DNA of 64,000 nt from Anthoceros angustus (taxonomy: Eukaryota; Plantae; Anthocerotophyta): contig VJWM01000238.1 of NCBI GenBank assembly GCA_010909165.1, forward strand, positions 199,775-263,774, read 5' to 3'. Position numbers and translations under genes: made by a program. Shown here in pieces: positions 1 to 13,300 of this stretch; the stretch's first letter is position 1; each line of letters opens with the position of its first letter. A model generated the notes under the pieces. The model searched no databases, was not told where the DNA came from, and was given only the letters and a program-made list of their open reading frames with translations.

Positions 1-58
1 CATCACCGGGGATGGGATGGGAGCAGGAGGCAAAAATCTGTTCTGGTCAAAAGGAGAG

Positions 59-150
59 AGGCAGGCAGGCAGGGAGGCAGGCAGGCAGGCAGGCAGGCAG
101 GCGGGCAGGAAGAAAGAAAGGAAGGAAGGAAGGAAGGAAGGATGAAGGAA
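59..150. repeat. (GGCA)n/(GGAA)n microsatellite
   Basis: Direct reading: ggcaggcaggc... followed by ggaaggaaggaa... Confidence 0.85.
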
Positions 151-1914
151 AGGGAGGCAGGGGACGGAGGCGCCATCAACCCAGCATGAAAGCGTGATCA
201 AGTTGCAGAAGCAGAGGGCATTACGATAATGGCTTCTGTCGGATTGACTTCGGCGAAGCACGGAGGATGATGGGCGCCTTGCAGAACAGAACGTTATTGT
301 TGTGTACACGCAACCCAACCCCAAGGAGCCCTTAACGCCATATGATGACCCATGACAAGAAATGACAGTGGGCATGGGAAGAAGGAAGGGGTAACATCAT
401 GTTCGCTGCTTCCTGTGCTTCCTGCCTGTCTGTAGGGTCACAACTTTGTGTGTGCGCTGCACTTGGGCGCTGTGCTGTGCTGTCATGCCGCCTGCTGGCA
501 TTTCGATCAAGGCAAGAGAAACAACAGCTTGCAGGTGTCTTTGCCTGACTGACGCGGGGGATCTGGGAGTTTGCAACAGAAATAGGAATGTCAACTGCAA
601 AACACCTCGGACCCTCTCCTCTCGCTCTCCCTCTCCTTCTCCCTCTCCCACTCCCACTCCCTCTCCCTCTCCCCCCTCTCTCCAATTTCCCCCATCGCTG
701 TTTCCCCATACAAAAAGCTGCCTACTCTTAGCGGTTGGCAGCGCCGCTGCCTCTCCCCCTCTCCCTGCCACATTCGAGGTACGAATACGGACATGGAATC
801 AATCCCTCTTTGAGCTCCGGACGACATGGAATCAATCCCCAAAGGAGCTCTCCCCGTCCCTCACATCCTTCCCTTCTCCTCAAGATGGGCCACAATTTGA
901 GGCTACGAGATATGTGTGAAGGACTGTTCACATGACATCGGGGCCGGGTCTGCGCAGTTTACCGTAAAATACGGGACGAGCCGTCTTTTCGGGTTCGTTT
1001 CATGTCGAGACAAAAACAATTTTGCCCTCGCACTCTCATTGCGCGGTGAGCATCATGAGGCCTGCTGGCCGGTGGCCCGGGATTCCTCTTCCCCTAAAAT
1101 TATCCATCCAGCGGCCCCCCAGCCTCTTCGCTTCCTCGGCCTCCGCCGTGTCCGGTCTGGAGGGATAGAAAGCCTGGGCCCCCATGAGCCCCAACCGGAG
1201 CATGTAATCCCACTGGCCCTCTACGTGCGTCGTCCACATGCGTGTAATCCGGGTGGCCCTCTACGTGCGTCCTTCACATATGCGACCCCAAGGTACCACA
1301 AACAACAACAACCAGGGAGGGAGTGTCAGCGACAAAAAAAATATCAATAACAAAGGACTCTGCTGCCCTCTGCAATACTATAGTATAATAAAAATAAAAT
1401 AAACGAAGAGTAAAATTATTTTTAGAAAACTTTTCCATGGGTGTTGTGCTCAGCGCAAGGCCTTCGTGCTCGTGTTGTCTTGAACTCATGAAACACAAAT
1501 TTTGTGGTTACAACGTATTATGAATCATGCATTATGAATCGAAATATGGCTTACTGAACGTCAACCCCGACATACACCGGGATGTCTCAGAGTGGTGCTT
1601 GTGATTGCTCGCGCTTGTTGGCCCGGCCGCTTGTTGTTCAAGCTCTTGGTCATTTGGCAGTAGTAGGCGGCCAGGTCGGTGGCTCACAGACTAGCATGGG
1701 ATAGAAAGAGGCAAAAATATGTTCTAATTGCACGGTGAACACGAATAATGGGCGTAAGATTCCATACTGCACAAAGAAGGAGTTTGAGTTGGAAATAACG
1801 TAACTTGGCCGGCAATCCTTCAAAAGATTGATTATCTAGTGTTTGGGACAGCAACCATCAGCCAAAGGATGTTCCCAATTCAGACCCCCTCTTTTGAAAG
1901 ACTGGTCGTCTCAT

Positions 1915-2845
1915 GTTTTTTAAATTGGCAGATGAAACAACGCGCTACATTCAATAAATGTGGTTGAGCTACATGAAGCTCCTCCCATCCTTGCAACAAA
2001 TGTTTGTGTACGACCAATACGAAGCTTTAATTCCTTCCTACAACTACAAATAACTAGTTAGCCAATAAGCGATAAACCAACATCAAGCACCCCTTTGTCA
2101 AAATCAATGCACAAACGCCACATTTTCCGGCTACCCACACCATGGCCATGAGCTCCGGAGCATATCCTGCATACCTTGTACAAGAGGTCAGGAAGATGGT
2201 GTACTTGCACCACCAAGATACAATATACAAGTAGAAAGAATATATCGTTTCGCACAAAAAAAGGTAAAACAACTTACTCTACAATAAACAGGAGGTACGG
2301 TCGCTCTTGCGGCAATTGCAAGAGCGACTAAGCTAGAATCGACTAACAGCAAGAAAAGAATTGCAGTTGAGGCATGAAATTGCCACAACCGCTATTGCTA
2401 AAACATGACTCCATCCTCGATGCGCCTCACAAGCATCCAATGGATAATAAATGAAGAATTTTTTTATAGCAGAGAGGCACTTGGAACACAATGGAGAAAT
2501 GAGAGCAAACTTGGCGAGCCTAATCTTGGTAAGGAGAGCTCGATGAAGAAGTACCCAACAAAAAGACTGAACCTTGGGTGGTAGCATGCTACAGCCAGAG
2601 AAAATATTTGCTTTCATCGCCGATCGAATAGCATGCAAAACCCAAGCAGGCTGATCTTTCGTAGCCTGCCTCACACAGTACATCACCTTGATAGAGATTG
2701 GCAGAGGGCAGACTAAGAGAATCTGATCTCCAAGCAAAGGATGAAACCAGAGCGAGAAGCCGCCGAGCAAAGTACATGTCCCTGACGATTCAAATTGAGT
2801 AGCTTTGTCTACATAACCATCGGTAGGTCAACACTAGTCCGCCAC
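1915..2845 (-). mobile_element. Degenerate L1-type LINE 3' remnant (zf-RVT region)
   Basis: Minus ORF 2333-2770 contains PPKVQSFCWVLLHRALLTKIRL...SPLCSKC...LDACEAHRGW, matching the plant LINE zf-RVT motif (PPKVKxFxWxxxxxxLPT...CxxC...C...W). Boundaries are approximate. Confidence 0.6.
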
Positions 2846-3056
2846 TTAAGGCTTTTTTCCTTTCTCCCTTCGGAATCCAGAGGACCGCCTAAGCTTGACA
2901 CTCCGTGTATGACTGGGGGCTAGTCCCCCTAGCATGGTGCCCTTCGTTGGGTTTTTCCCCTTTTGTTTTTGGGGTGGATGGGTTTTTCCCACCTCTTTTT
3001 TATAATAAAGTCTTCTTTCCCTCTCTGTGAACCTATGGTGATAACAAAAAAAAAAA
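2846..3056 (+). mobile_element. Possible poly(A)-tailed retroposon 3' end
   Basis: AATAAA at ~3004 followed by an A10 run ending ~3056; no coding evidence. Confidence 0.3.
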
Positions 3057-5345
3057 CTCAATTTGAATGATTTAATAGAGGATAAATCAAAAGAATTATA
3101 CAAAAATTGAAGATGAAAGAGTGAAACATGTGAGATATTCCCCCTTGGCCGTTCAGGGTTGGGGCCGGGCATGTACTCTACTTGCGTGAAGTAGGATGGA
3201 TAATATGACGGTGGCGCTGGCTTGTTGCTCGGATCAAGGAGTGCGCGGATCAATCATCTCCTGCAGGAGGGTTTCCACCCACCGACTGCCCAAACGGGGC
3301 GGCTTGGCGCTGGCCCCCACCCACCCGACAAGCCAACGCTCATGGCAACCCACGGCCGCGGAGAAGCGGCGCTTGCCCCGGTTTGGTGGCGCGAAACGCG
3401 AGGTCCCCGCAGAGGAAGCGGCGCGAATGAATCGTTGGGGGCGGGTGGAAAGAAGCGGCCGCATTGGGGTGTCGTGTCTCTAGTGCGGCGGGTGAACATG
3501 TGTCATGTGAGCGCGAGAGCACTCACACACGTGCCGGTGGGGCTGTCTCGAAACGGTCCCACGTCGGCCCCACGACGTGGGCTTTGGTGGGCCGGCGAAG
3601 GCGGGCCGGGCCGGGCCGGGCCGGCATCTTTCTGTTTGCATGGCTGGGCACGCATGGCATCTGGCGTGGCGACGGCACGGAACGGAAGCCAGCGGCAGGC
3701 AAAGGGTAACGGTGCTGCCGCCACGAAACGGAACGGGGCGGCGCGGGAAGGAAGCAGAAGAAGGAATCCCGGAGCCTCCTGTCAGAGGCTCGTGGATAGC
3801 ATGCCGCGCAGGCGAGTGGTTAAACAAAGCAAACCAGGGCCGGCGATGATGGCGGCAAGGAGATAGTGGAGACAAGGAAGCGGGACGTTCCCTTCCTCTC
3901 CTTTTTCCTTTTCCCTTTCCGTTCCTTGCCTCTCCTTGCCTTTCCCGTTTGCCATGTTCGCCAACTCCATTTCCGCAGGGCCCAGCGCCCAGCCCATGGC
4001 CAGAAACAGCCACACGCAGCGCCCAGCTAATTTCTCCTCAGCGAGGCCCTGATGTCATGGGCACGTTCCGTCACCCTACACCACATGCCATGGAGCAACA
4101 CCAACTCGTCGGGAAACATAGTGGGTGGCCTCCCTCATGTGCCTGACGTGCTCGGCCGGCCCTTCTCCCTCTCCCAGCCGCCCGAGATGCCGAGGAATCG
4201 CAGAAATGTGACATAACTCAGCCAGCTCCAGCTCCAGCTCTTGCTCGTCGTGGGCAATGGCGGGATGGTGTGAAAGCGCCATAATCTGCTGGGCTGACAC
4301 CTCTGCCTCTTGATGCTGATGCATCACTGACCGCCGCTGTGATGAGTGAGTGATTGCAGTCATTTGCAGTCAGCCAGATTGGTACCTCTACACCGTGCCT
4401 GGTATTCAAGCCAGCCGTCCGACGCTGTTATGAGTGAGTACATTCACTCGCAGTCAGCCAGGTCGGTACTCTCAGGCCTGTGATTGGTATTCAAGCCAGC
4501 CGTTTCAAATCACCTGGGAAGGTCGACTCCAGTCCCACCCTGTCAGCATGCAACGTCCACACTGCCCGACTCACCCATGGACTGTACTGGATCAAGCTTG
4601 AAGCAACCCGTCCTCCAGCACCCCATATCTTAACCTATCGCCCACAGCTTGCTTTGCTCTCCTTTGTATAAGTCACTCAAAACAAGATTCCATAGTTTTT
4701 CTCCCATGCATCCACATGGATTAATTAATACATGAGATTCTTGGGTCTCATCTAATCTGATCGAATCTCTTCTTCAATAATACAGGATGTTAGATGGATA
4801 TACACCAAATAATTACTTTTGAATTGGTGTGAGTACAAATGCATAGAATTATAAATATATGGTTCTACGTATTGGACAATGGCGTCAAAGAACCTGGTCA
4901 AAAAGAATACGAGAGGTCTTGGAGGGAATGTTGTACGAAAGTTAATTAGTGGGTGCAAATCTTCATGCAATACGTGTGTGGGTGGGTGTTGAGGACCAAC
5001 CATGCAGTAGATGAGTTGGTGCTATAAAAGAGTAGACATATGCGTGGAGTTCCAGAGTTATGATATAAAAGTTGAATCATGATTGGAACGGAGTACAAAC
5101 ATGTGAACAAACCAACTCCTACATAGAAATCATAATCTTCCTTTCTTTCTTGCACACCATAAACATGGATGAGAAATTATTGCTTTATTACTGCTTTGTG
5201 TACTATGTATGTAGAAATTGTAGATGCGAGACTTAGTGGATACGTTTGAAGGACTAACATTGCATTACATTGCTGCGTTGTAAGTGTGTAGTAGAGTCGA
5301 CATCATATCATATGATGTATACACGAATGGATGATGCAATAAATC

Positions 5346-5483
5346 GGTTGGTGTTGGTGGATGAAGGGTACCAACATGTGATGTCATAGATTGGTTGGTG
5401 TTGGTGGATTGGATGAAGGGTACCAAAATGTGATGTCATAGATTGGTTGGTGTTGGTGGATGAAGGGTACCAACATGTGATGT
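5346..5483. repeat. Minisatellite, ~47-52 bp x3
   Basis: ggttggtgttggtggatgaagggtaccaacatgtgatgtc recurs at ~5346, ~5393 and ~5445. Confidence 0.85.
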
Positions 5484-6453
5484 CGGCAAGATATGCGTTC
5501 ATTGGTTGTACATAGGAGAGTTGGTGTGGATCACAAGGTAAATCACCTATATGCACCAATCATATAACGCATATGGCGAATAAATGCATGACAGGAAAAA
5601 GTACTTACGGGGACCTACGCAAGTTGATGACAAAAGAGTTGGTGATGACAAAAGAGTTGGTGAAGAAAACGGGCAATTGTACAAATACTTTGCAATCAAT
5701 TTTTGGGTACAAGTACATATAACATCATATGGTTGGTGTACTTGTTACATATTTTGCTGTCATTGGACACATGCACATATACATGCAGATGTAGTACATA
5801 TGCATGCCCAGCTTGAACGGTGGGAGTTGGTAGTGTGTGTGATACTCTTTACACTAGGATGGTTTTTGTGCCTACAACAAGAATGTGAGTAACATGTGAA
5901 AGGAATGTCTATTCTTAGAACCAACTCTAGCATATAGGTTGAGCACTGCCTTCTCATGGCTCACAATATTCTAGATATACTTGTTAACAATCCGGTCAAC
6001 AAATGAGCCAGTAGTTGGGTGTCGTTAAACTATAAGATATTGAGTAGAGTTAAAGTGATGTAAGATGTCGTGATTAGGAAGCTATCACTCTATCTTACAT
6101 GATAGTGGATAGTGTCAACTCATGTGTATTGATTAGTTACGTACTAACTTTTGGATGACTTAATAGTCATTTTGCTAGTTCCATTAAGTTGAAATTTTTA
6201 AAAAAAATTCTACGTATTTTTTTAATTTAATAAAGTATTCGCAAACAAATCGAAACATGAGAATCTTAGTTCCTAAGAGATGTTAAGTGCTCGTAGGATA
6301 AATACTTTCTCTTGCTTTAGATGTCCCCAGCTGCAAATATACTGGTATTCAACTATAGTGGTTCTTAATTACGTGATCCGTATATGACGATTTAATAGAG
6401 TCAATCTAAGTTCATCATTCTCAGGTTAAAGAGTCAACCTAAGTTTGTCATTC

Positions 6454-6779
6454 TCAGGTTGTACTCCTTCGTCCTGCATCCGCCCATAGTATAAAATGGT
6501 CTCTTGATACTGACCGGAATGTCTTGACGCAGGTTTCTTTAAGCAAGGACGATGGTCGTCCATGAAAAGACACTAACAAATCTTCCAAAAGGTGCTGCCC
6601 ATCTGTTACGCTTCCACAATTGATATATATATAAATATATGTGCAATAATAAGGAGTTTGCCCGAATTCCGATTTAGATCCAACCCATGTTTTGTTAAAG
6701 AGCATGTACTTTTTCGGCATAGACTAGGCCTTCTTCTTTATGCAAGCCTGCGATAACTTCTTCCACGTTTGCACAGAAG
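6454..6779 (-). pseudogene. Decayed fragment of a PLS PPR gene, paralogous to 57978-58284
   Basis: Reads (with shifts) SVQTWKKLSQACIKKKA-VYAEKVHAL-KHGLDLNRNSGKLL...INCGS...GRMQDEGVQP versus SVQTCKKLLQACMKKKAPVYAKKVHAFLAKHGLDLNRNLGELL...VNCGS...ERMQVEGVQP in the gene at 58 kb; shared nucleotide runs such as atccaacccatgttttg. Confidence 0.85.
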
Positions 6780-7500
6780 AGTGTCTGGGTGGAAATGGAT
6801 TTCTTCGGCAAAAAGAGCTTATGGCTAAAATAAGGTTTGGGCAAAAATGTGCTTTCGCTATGTTTTGGCATTTTTTGAGGCTGTTCTTTAATTGAAATGT
6901 AGTGCTCCACCTCGGGGTGCCACACACTTTATGTTCATTTGGTCATATTGTGCTGCATCCATATGTGAACATCATGATTTAGAAGGGGTGAAGATGATCA
7001 GAACCATCAATTACATGCTATTTCTACATGTCCGCCATTCATGATCTTATATTAGCATTTATGTTAGAAAACAAAAGGATTGAGATGAGTGTGCAAACTT
7101 GTTAACTTCTTGCCCCCAAGTGAGGAACTCTTTTAAGAAATCAAAAGATTAACTATGAGGGCTAGGCAAATAGGCTTAGCCCTCAGAACCAGGTCTAATC
7201 CGGCTTGTTATTGAGCCACCAAATATTAGGAATCGACCTAGACATCCACCATGGTCAGTCAGTAATGTGACATTGATGCACCATGAGCCAATACTAAAAA
7301 GAAAAATGCTTAGTACTTAGACAAAACTAGTTGCTTAGTACTTCAAATTCAAGTGGTTTCCATCCATATTCTAGTTTTCAAGCGAAGGTGGGTTGAGGAC
7401 ATGGTTACCAAGAATCGATAGTGTCCTAAATTAAAAAGATCTATAAATTATATATAACTTAGATTTCAATCTTTAATATCTCTTCCACTAGTGCAGATTA

Positions 7501-7539
7501 CTCTACTAGGAACCTGGTGGCTATGTAACGTCTTTTTGT
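7501..7539 (+). repeat. Left terminal inverted repeat of the CACTA element
   Basis: Inverted match to 50241-50279; CACTA reads CTCTA here; GTTACA/TGTAAC subterminal motifs follow. Confidence 0.9.
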
Positions 7540-8801
7540 TGTAGTTCTTGTTATGGTGATCAAAAACGTTACAACGGATGGTGTGGGAGACACTCAGTCA
7601 CACAAGCCTAAGTTTGTTACATTGACTATTACTCTTCTCTCTACTTGAATGGCTACAGCATGCTTCCCTTCAACCGGACCGTCCCCTCTTTCTCACTTAT
7701 CTCTATTAAAAAATAGTTCTCCTAGTTGGTACCCCGGAGCTCAGGTCCCCATTTCTAGTTCCATTGTCGATCGGGCCCGTGGACCAGCTTGTAATTATGT
7801 TGATCCAAGCCCTCCCACATGTGGTTCGCTTGGCCTCTAGTCATGCTCGTTTTTTCAATGCACCTTCCCGTTAAAATATGATGGAAACCTCACGCCACCT
7901 CCACTTGGGGGGTGGTCAACCTCGCACCCGGGTGGGTGGGTTCTCCACACGCGGAGACGTTTGGCCTATTTTGTCTTGTAGTGGGTATCCTGGGGCCGTG
8001 ACGTGCCTTGTGGAAAACCGTGCCATGGTGATGTTGTTCCGGTCGAGTAAAACCGTATTTTCGGAAGTGGCATGTACGTACGATCCAACCCATACGAGAT
8101 GGACAATGTACCGCAGACGCAGCCTGGTAAAGGCTGCTGACTATGCCGGATGTCCGTTGCAGTATGCTGAGGATAACAGGATCAACAGCTCGATTGTCAC
8201 GCCGAGTACATTGTTGTTCTTAGAAGGTGTAAGCAACTCCAGTTACACTGTTCTGAGGTATGAAGAGGGAGACAAAAACCAGAGCTCTGTGAGCTTGAGA
8301 CCTCAGAATGGCGGTGCCACAAGTTTGGCCACTGCCTGCATACAACATCGCTCTCCCACACGTCGTGCTTCCAATGGTCGATTCAAGATTGGAATCCTTG
8401 GCTGGTAAACGTGGTGGTGCTACTCTCCATTTCAAGAATTGAGGAACGGTTTAGCTTTTGGTGGATGCGGGAACCCCAGGAAATTGTGAGCTCCGTTGGA
8501 AGCTTGTATACGTGTGGATAAGAAGAACAAAGGCAAATCACATTCTCTGGAGCGTTCTGGCATTCGCAAAACCTTGATGTTCTGCAGCCATACCAAATGT
8601 TGCACAACAACAACACCATGTACCACTGTATCCCCATGGACATCCTTTCGAACACAATCATCCCGACAGTGTACTCGCAACCTTGTCCATAAGCCAAGAA
8701 CACGTCAAATCTGGTGTCCCACCATACATTATATGAGTATGACACAAGACATTCGCTCATACCTGTTGCGACGGCAAGCACACTCACCTCCCATGTCAAA
8801 C

Positions 8802-9572
8802 TCATATCTTCATTGGGCTCTTGTGGATAAAGAACTCGCCTTCATATACCTCCACGGTCAGTGGCTCCGCAAGGCTCCTTATTCGGAATAGGTACCCATG
8901 TGATCGCCCCGCCAACAAGGCATGAAGTCCTCCTCCAGCCAGGGTGAAGCAGGCCTCAACGATCATGTCTGCCACCTCCAGGAGCTGGTAATGGCCTTTG
9001 TCATTCACTTTGAAATCACATATGCAAATGGTCCACCTCACAGCGTGAACAAAACCTCGATCGACACCGAGAAGTTCGCCTGGCCCAATTGTCTTTTCAC
9101 AATGGTGACAATGCCACATGTCAGAGGGGTCAAGCATGGACCTTAACACATAATCTGGGCCACCCACGAGGTAACGACGTTGATCCCAATAGGGCCCCTC
9201 TCGCACATATTTGTGTTTCCACATCCACTTGTGAAATGCCTTCCTCCTCTGCAATGACATCCGCAAGTTCCCACCAATCCAATCAGCCTTGTTGGGTGCC
9301 AAGGTAATTTCTACAAATTGGGCCACCTTCTGCACCACCAGAAGTGTGAACAAGCGCTCTCCCAACATGGCGTCACAATACATTTTCTCCCTTGCAGTCT
9401 CAAATATGAGGACGACGATGTGTTCCCGCCAATTCTCTCGGAGTGCCTCAACTGCTTGGTGCACGAATATTGCGAGCTCCTTTGCTCGACCCAAGAAACC
9501 AAGACCCAACCTTTTCTGCAAGCTCCCATACTTTCCGCTTTGCTCGATGTCCTCGTGCCGCAAAGACAGCAA
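8802..9572 (-). CDS. Unknown Cys/His-containing protein carried antisense inside the CACTA element (part of a longer broken ORF)
   Basis: 256-codon stop-free ORF with WHCHHCEK...H...CIC; coding-like sequence continues on both sides; no family recognised. Confidence 0.4.
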   Translation of the reverse strand: MLSLRHEDIEQSGKYGSLQKRLGLGFLGRAKELAIFVHQAVEALRENWREHIVVLIFETAREKMYCDAMLGERLFTLLVVQKVAQFVEITLAPNKADWIGGNLRMSLQRRKAFHKWMWKHKYVREGPYWDQRRYLVGGPDYVLRSMLDPSDMWHCHHCEKTIGPGELLGVDRGFVHAVRWTICICDFKVNDKGHYQLLEVADMIVEACFTLAGGGLHALLAGRSHGYLFRIRSLAEPLTVEVYEGEFFIHKSPMKI

Positions 9573-10362
9573 CTACCATCCTCCAAACTTGCTCTTGCCG
9601 TGACAAACGATGATGCATTTCCCAGCAACCTCACGCCTCCATGACTTGGAGCACCCACATGCCCTCTCCCCCTCCCCACACATATGGGGTGTCCACATCG
9701 CCGACCAGACGCCCACACGCACACCTTCTCATCGCCTTCCACCGGCCCGAGGGCTGCACTCCAAATTGGAGACGGCAGGACCTCTGTACCATCTGGTTTT
9801 TCTGGCGGTGGAGTTGGTCGCCAGCCTGACTCAACCCGGCGGTGCACCGCCACAACCTGCGTGTGCCAGTACGCCTTATGCCTTCGTGTGGACCGTAGGC
9901 TCTGCCCCGTAGAAAGGTAATGGGCTAGTTTTTTTGTTTTCTAGGTGTGGAGTGAGAAATAAGACAGGGAATAAGGTCAGGATGGGTAATAAGTTGGCTC
10001 CGGACCTCACTCCGGAGAAGGCAAATGACTCCGGACCTCACTCCGGAGTAGGTAGGGGACTTCGAACCGCACTCCAGAGGGGCCGAGTGTCTGCGGACTG
10101 CACTCCGGGGTAGATCGCGGTGAGTCCGGGCTGCACTCCGGAGTAAGTCGCGGTAAGTACGCCAAGGAAAGTAACTTTGGAACGGGGAGCGTATTTTGGC
10201 AAGAGGGGCCACGGACGGCCACGAGAGGTGGACGGCATGCAAATGTACTGTACGTAGGGTTGCCACGACGTTATAGGCGTGTATTCATGCTCCAGTACAT
10301 GCGCCAACAGATCTGAGTAGCTACGGCGTCACAAGCGGCAACACAGAAGACTAGAGTAAGCC

Positions 10363-13300
10363 ATGCAGGCCTCTGATAGTTACGGGCAGCGGCGCGCTGC
10401 TTCGTTACACCCGATGCTTTGGCCCCGAACGAAGGTCATTCTTCCGAGCGACGCGGCTCTTGCGCTCATACACCCTACTCTCAGCGTTGTCTTTTCAAGC
10501 CGCCCGACACTTACGAGCTCATCTTTGCAAACGTCATGCGCGAAGAGAGGAAGGAGAATTGGTCGAAGGCCAACCCCAACAAGCACTCAAGAGGAGCAAA
10601 GAATGGGGCCCAAGAAGGCGGAGGTTTGGGAACCGCGCAGGAATGGAACATCGCCACCAAGCGCTACCCGGATTTTGACCTTGGTCAAGTGAGGCGGAGG
10701 AGCTGGTGGAAGACGGCACTGGATATCTTCCTGTGTCTCTGGACTTCGAAGGCCGCCTAGTCCAGAATACGCCAAGATGTTGGCGGTGGCCAACAAGGAG
10801 GTCCGCCCAAGAACTCCGAGGGAGGACCCGGGAGGTGGACTGGAGGTCCCGAGGGCGCGGCGACCGCCCGGGAGGAAGTGGGAGGCGAGTCCCGAGCCCC
10901 TTAAGGTGAAGGGAAAGTGAAGCGCAAGGGGCGGCTCTCTTGAGGTTGGTGACGCAGCGGTCCTCCAACGGATGGTCGTGACCACGAACAAAGTGCGAGC
11001 GTGGCGAAAAATCATCGTCCACTGGAACATGCTCACCAAGGTGGACCACCTTGGTGACAAATTGTTGGTATTCCTCCACGCCCTACACAGAGGAAAACGG
11101 GCCAACTGGGGAGGAATCATCTTCGCCAGGATCAACCAGGAGGCCAGGAAGCTGAGGAGCGAGAAGCCGCCCCCGTCGGCGTTATCGCCGTTCATCATCC
11201 ATGTGTGGGGGCACCTGAACCTCTTGAAGGAGGAAGAGGAAGAGCGGGCGCTCCGGAGGACCCGGGAGGAGGAGCAGGAGGAGGAGAGGAGAGGAGGAGG
11301 AGAAGGCCGCCCTTCCAGGGCCAAGCGAGTCCGGGAGGAGGAAGATTGGGAGGGGATTCCGGACTCCATACGTTTGGAACGGACCCCCTCGCCACCCTAG
11401 GAAGTGTGGGAAGAAATTCCACTTCCCTTCTTTTAGTCCCTCCACCGGAGCACCCTGCGCCAGAGGAGGTTGCCACAGGGAGGGAGTTGGCGGTCACGAC
11501 GCCAGCAAACCAGCAGCCCACAACCGCCGCCGACGAGTGGCAGCTGAGGAGGCCAAGGAGAGCAGAGAGGGATGCGGCCCAAGGGGCGGAGGACATTGGC
11601 AAAGAACTCCCACCCCGAGCCCACCTGCCCCAACCGGGAGAGGCAAGACTCGGCCACAGACCCTCACCACCTCCGAGCCCTAAGAGAAGGCGGAGAAAGA
11701 GCTAGTGGCCAATAGGGCCGAGGAGGTGGAAGCTTTGGACTGTAACACTGTGACCCGAGTCCCGGATGAGTCCCTAGTCCGGCCACCTGCATCGATTGTG
11801 GCGGTCCCAACGGACCAAGCGTACCCGAGGCCGCCATGACGGCGAATTTCCAGCCGCTGGGTAGAAGAAACCCGAGGGTACTGCACCTGCTATGGACGGG
11901 TGCCTGGGGTCTCTAATGTGCCAGAGAGACTGTGGAGGTAGAGGCCACTGGAGACGATGGTGGAGCTCCAGGGTCAGGCGGAGGCAGCCCAAGTGGCCAA
12001 GAGGAAGGCGGAGACCCTCGCAAGAATCGAGGAGGAGAAGCGCGGGCGAGTCGGGCGAGTCCATGTGATGACCCGGATCCAAGTGTGAGCAGTGAAGTAA
12101 GCGCAGGCTGCAGGGCGAGGTCCGCCCAACATGACCCGGCCAGGATCCTTCAGCTGTGTGAACAGCTGAAGTAAGCGCAGGAGGCATGAGCGAAGGTGGA
12201 AGACCTTTGCAGACGGAGGGAAACGGCCCAAGAGGAGGCGGAAAGGGCTAAGGACCTGGCCGAGGCGGCTCGGCAGGAGCAACACCAAGCCTGGGAAGCT
12301 CAGGTGAAGGGGCGCGGAAGCCGAGGCAGCAGGCGAGGACCACCTCATGGGACCGAACCGGTGGAGAAGGCCAGCATAACCCCAGCCAACACGAAAGCAG
12401 CGGCGGTGAGCGAGGACCAGCATGAGGAAAGAGGAGGCGTGCAGGAGATGGAAGATCTCCGGGCACAGTTGAAAGGGGCGGAGGAGCGACGTCAGGAGCT
12501 GGAGGACCGCAAGGAGACCTTGGAGCTACAGCTCCACGTAACGGTGGAGCGGAATGGAGATCTCCAAGGTATAATCGTGGATCACGAGCGGGAGATTGAG
12601 CGGCTCCAGATCTGTTGGAGGGTGGAGGAGGTCGACCGGACCCCGAGGTCCGGACTCGGGAGGAGAGGAGGAGGAGGAGGAAGCCACAGGCGTCTTGCCG
12701 GAGCGCCTGGAGAGGAACATGGGGGCCCTCCATGCAAGAATGGATAGTGGGGAGAGGGCTCTGAGAGGAGGAAGCCAGCCGGGTCCGCCATGGCAGAAGG
12801 GAACGCTGCCCGGCCGTAAGTGGCCGAACTACAACGGAGGCGGGAGGAGGAGCACGCAGAGCAGCAGCAGAGGCTGCAGGAAGTGTCGGAGGCAGCCTTG
12901 GCGGCCTCGAGAGACTTCGCCAGACTCCAGTTGGCGGGCCTGGCAGCGGAGACGACCCAGCAAGCCAACCAGCACGCGTAGCTATCGGAGCACCTTTGGA
13001 GGAGGGAGTACCGAGTGGCCCCGGGCCCATGTGGAGGATGCAATTCAACAAGTCGATTCAGACTTTGCCTACTACCACGCGGAGCTCCTCAAGGCCCTGG
13101 AGGTCCTGAACCACCCCCGGCAAATTGACGGACCCCCGGACGGATCAGAGGGAGGGGGGAGAGATGAAGGCCCTGGAGATAGTACGGCCACCGGGACTCT
13201 AGGAGCGCTGTTCGGAGACGAGAGCAGCAGCGGGGAGGGGGAGCATCAGGAGGAGCAGGATACGGCGGACATCACTGGGCATGAGGTAAGCCCGCCACAC

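Noticed and set aside
3196-4409. GC-rich ORFs such as 3222-3866
   Set aside because: Overlapping low-complexity Arg/Gly/Ala ORFs on both strands with no recognisable domain
8100-8290. Ulp1/C48 protease motifs (FCLPLH..NWS, QQPLPGCVCG) on the minus strand
   Set aside because: The catalytic His/Asp spacing is not met and the frame has stops; resemblance is too weak
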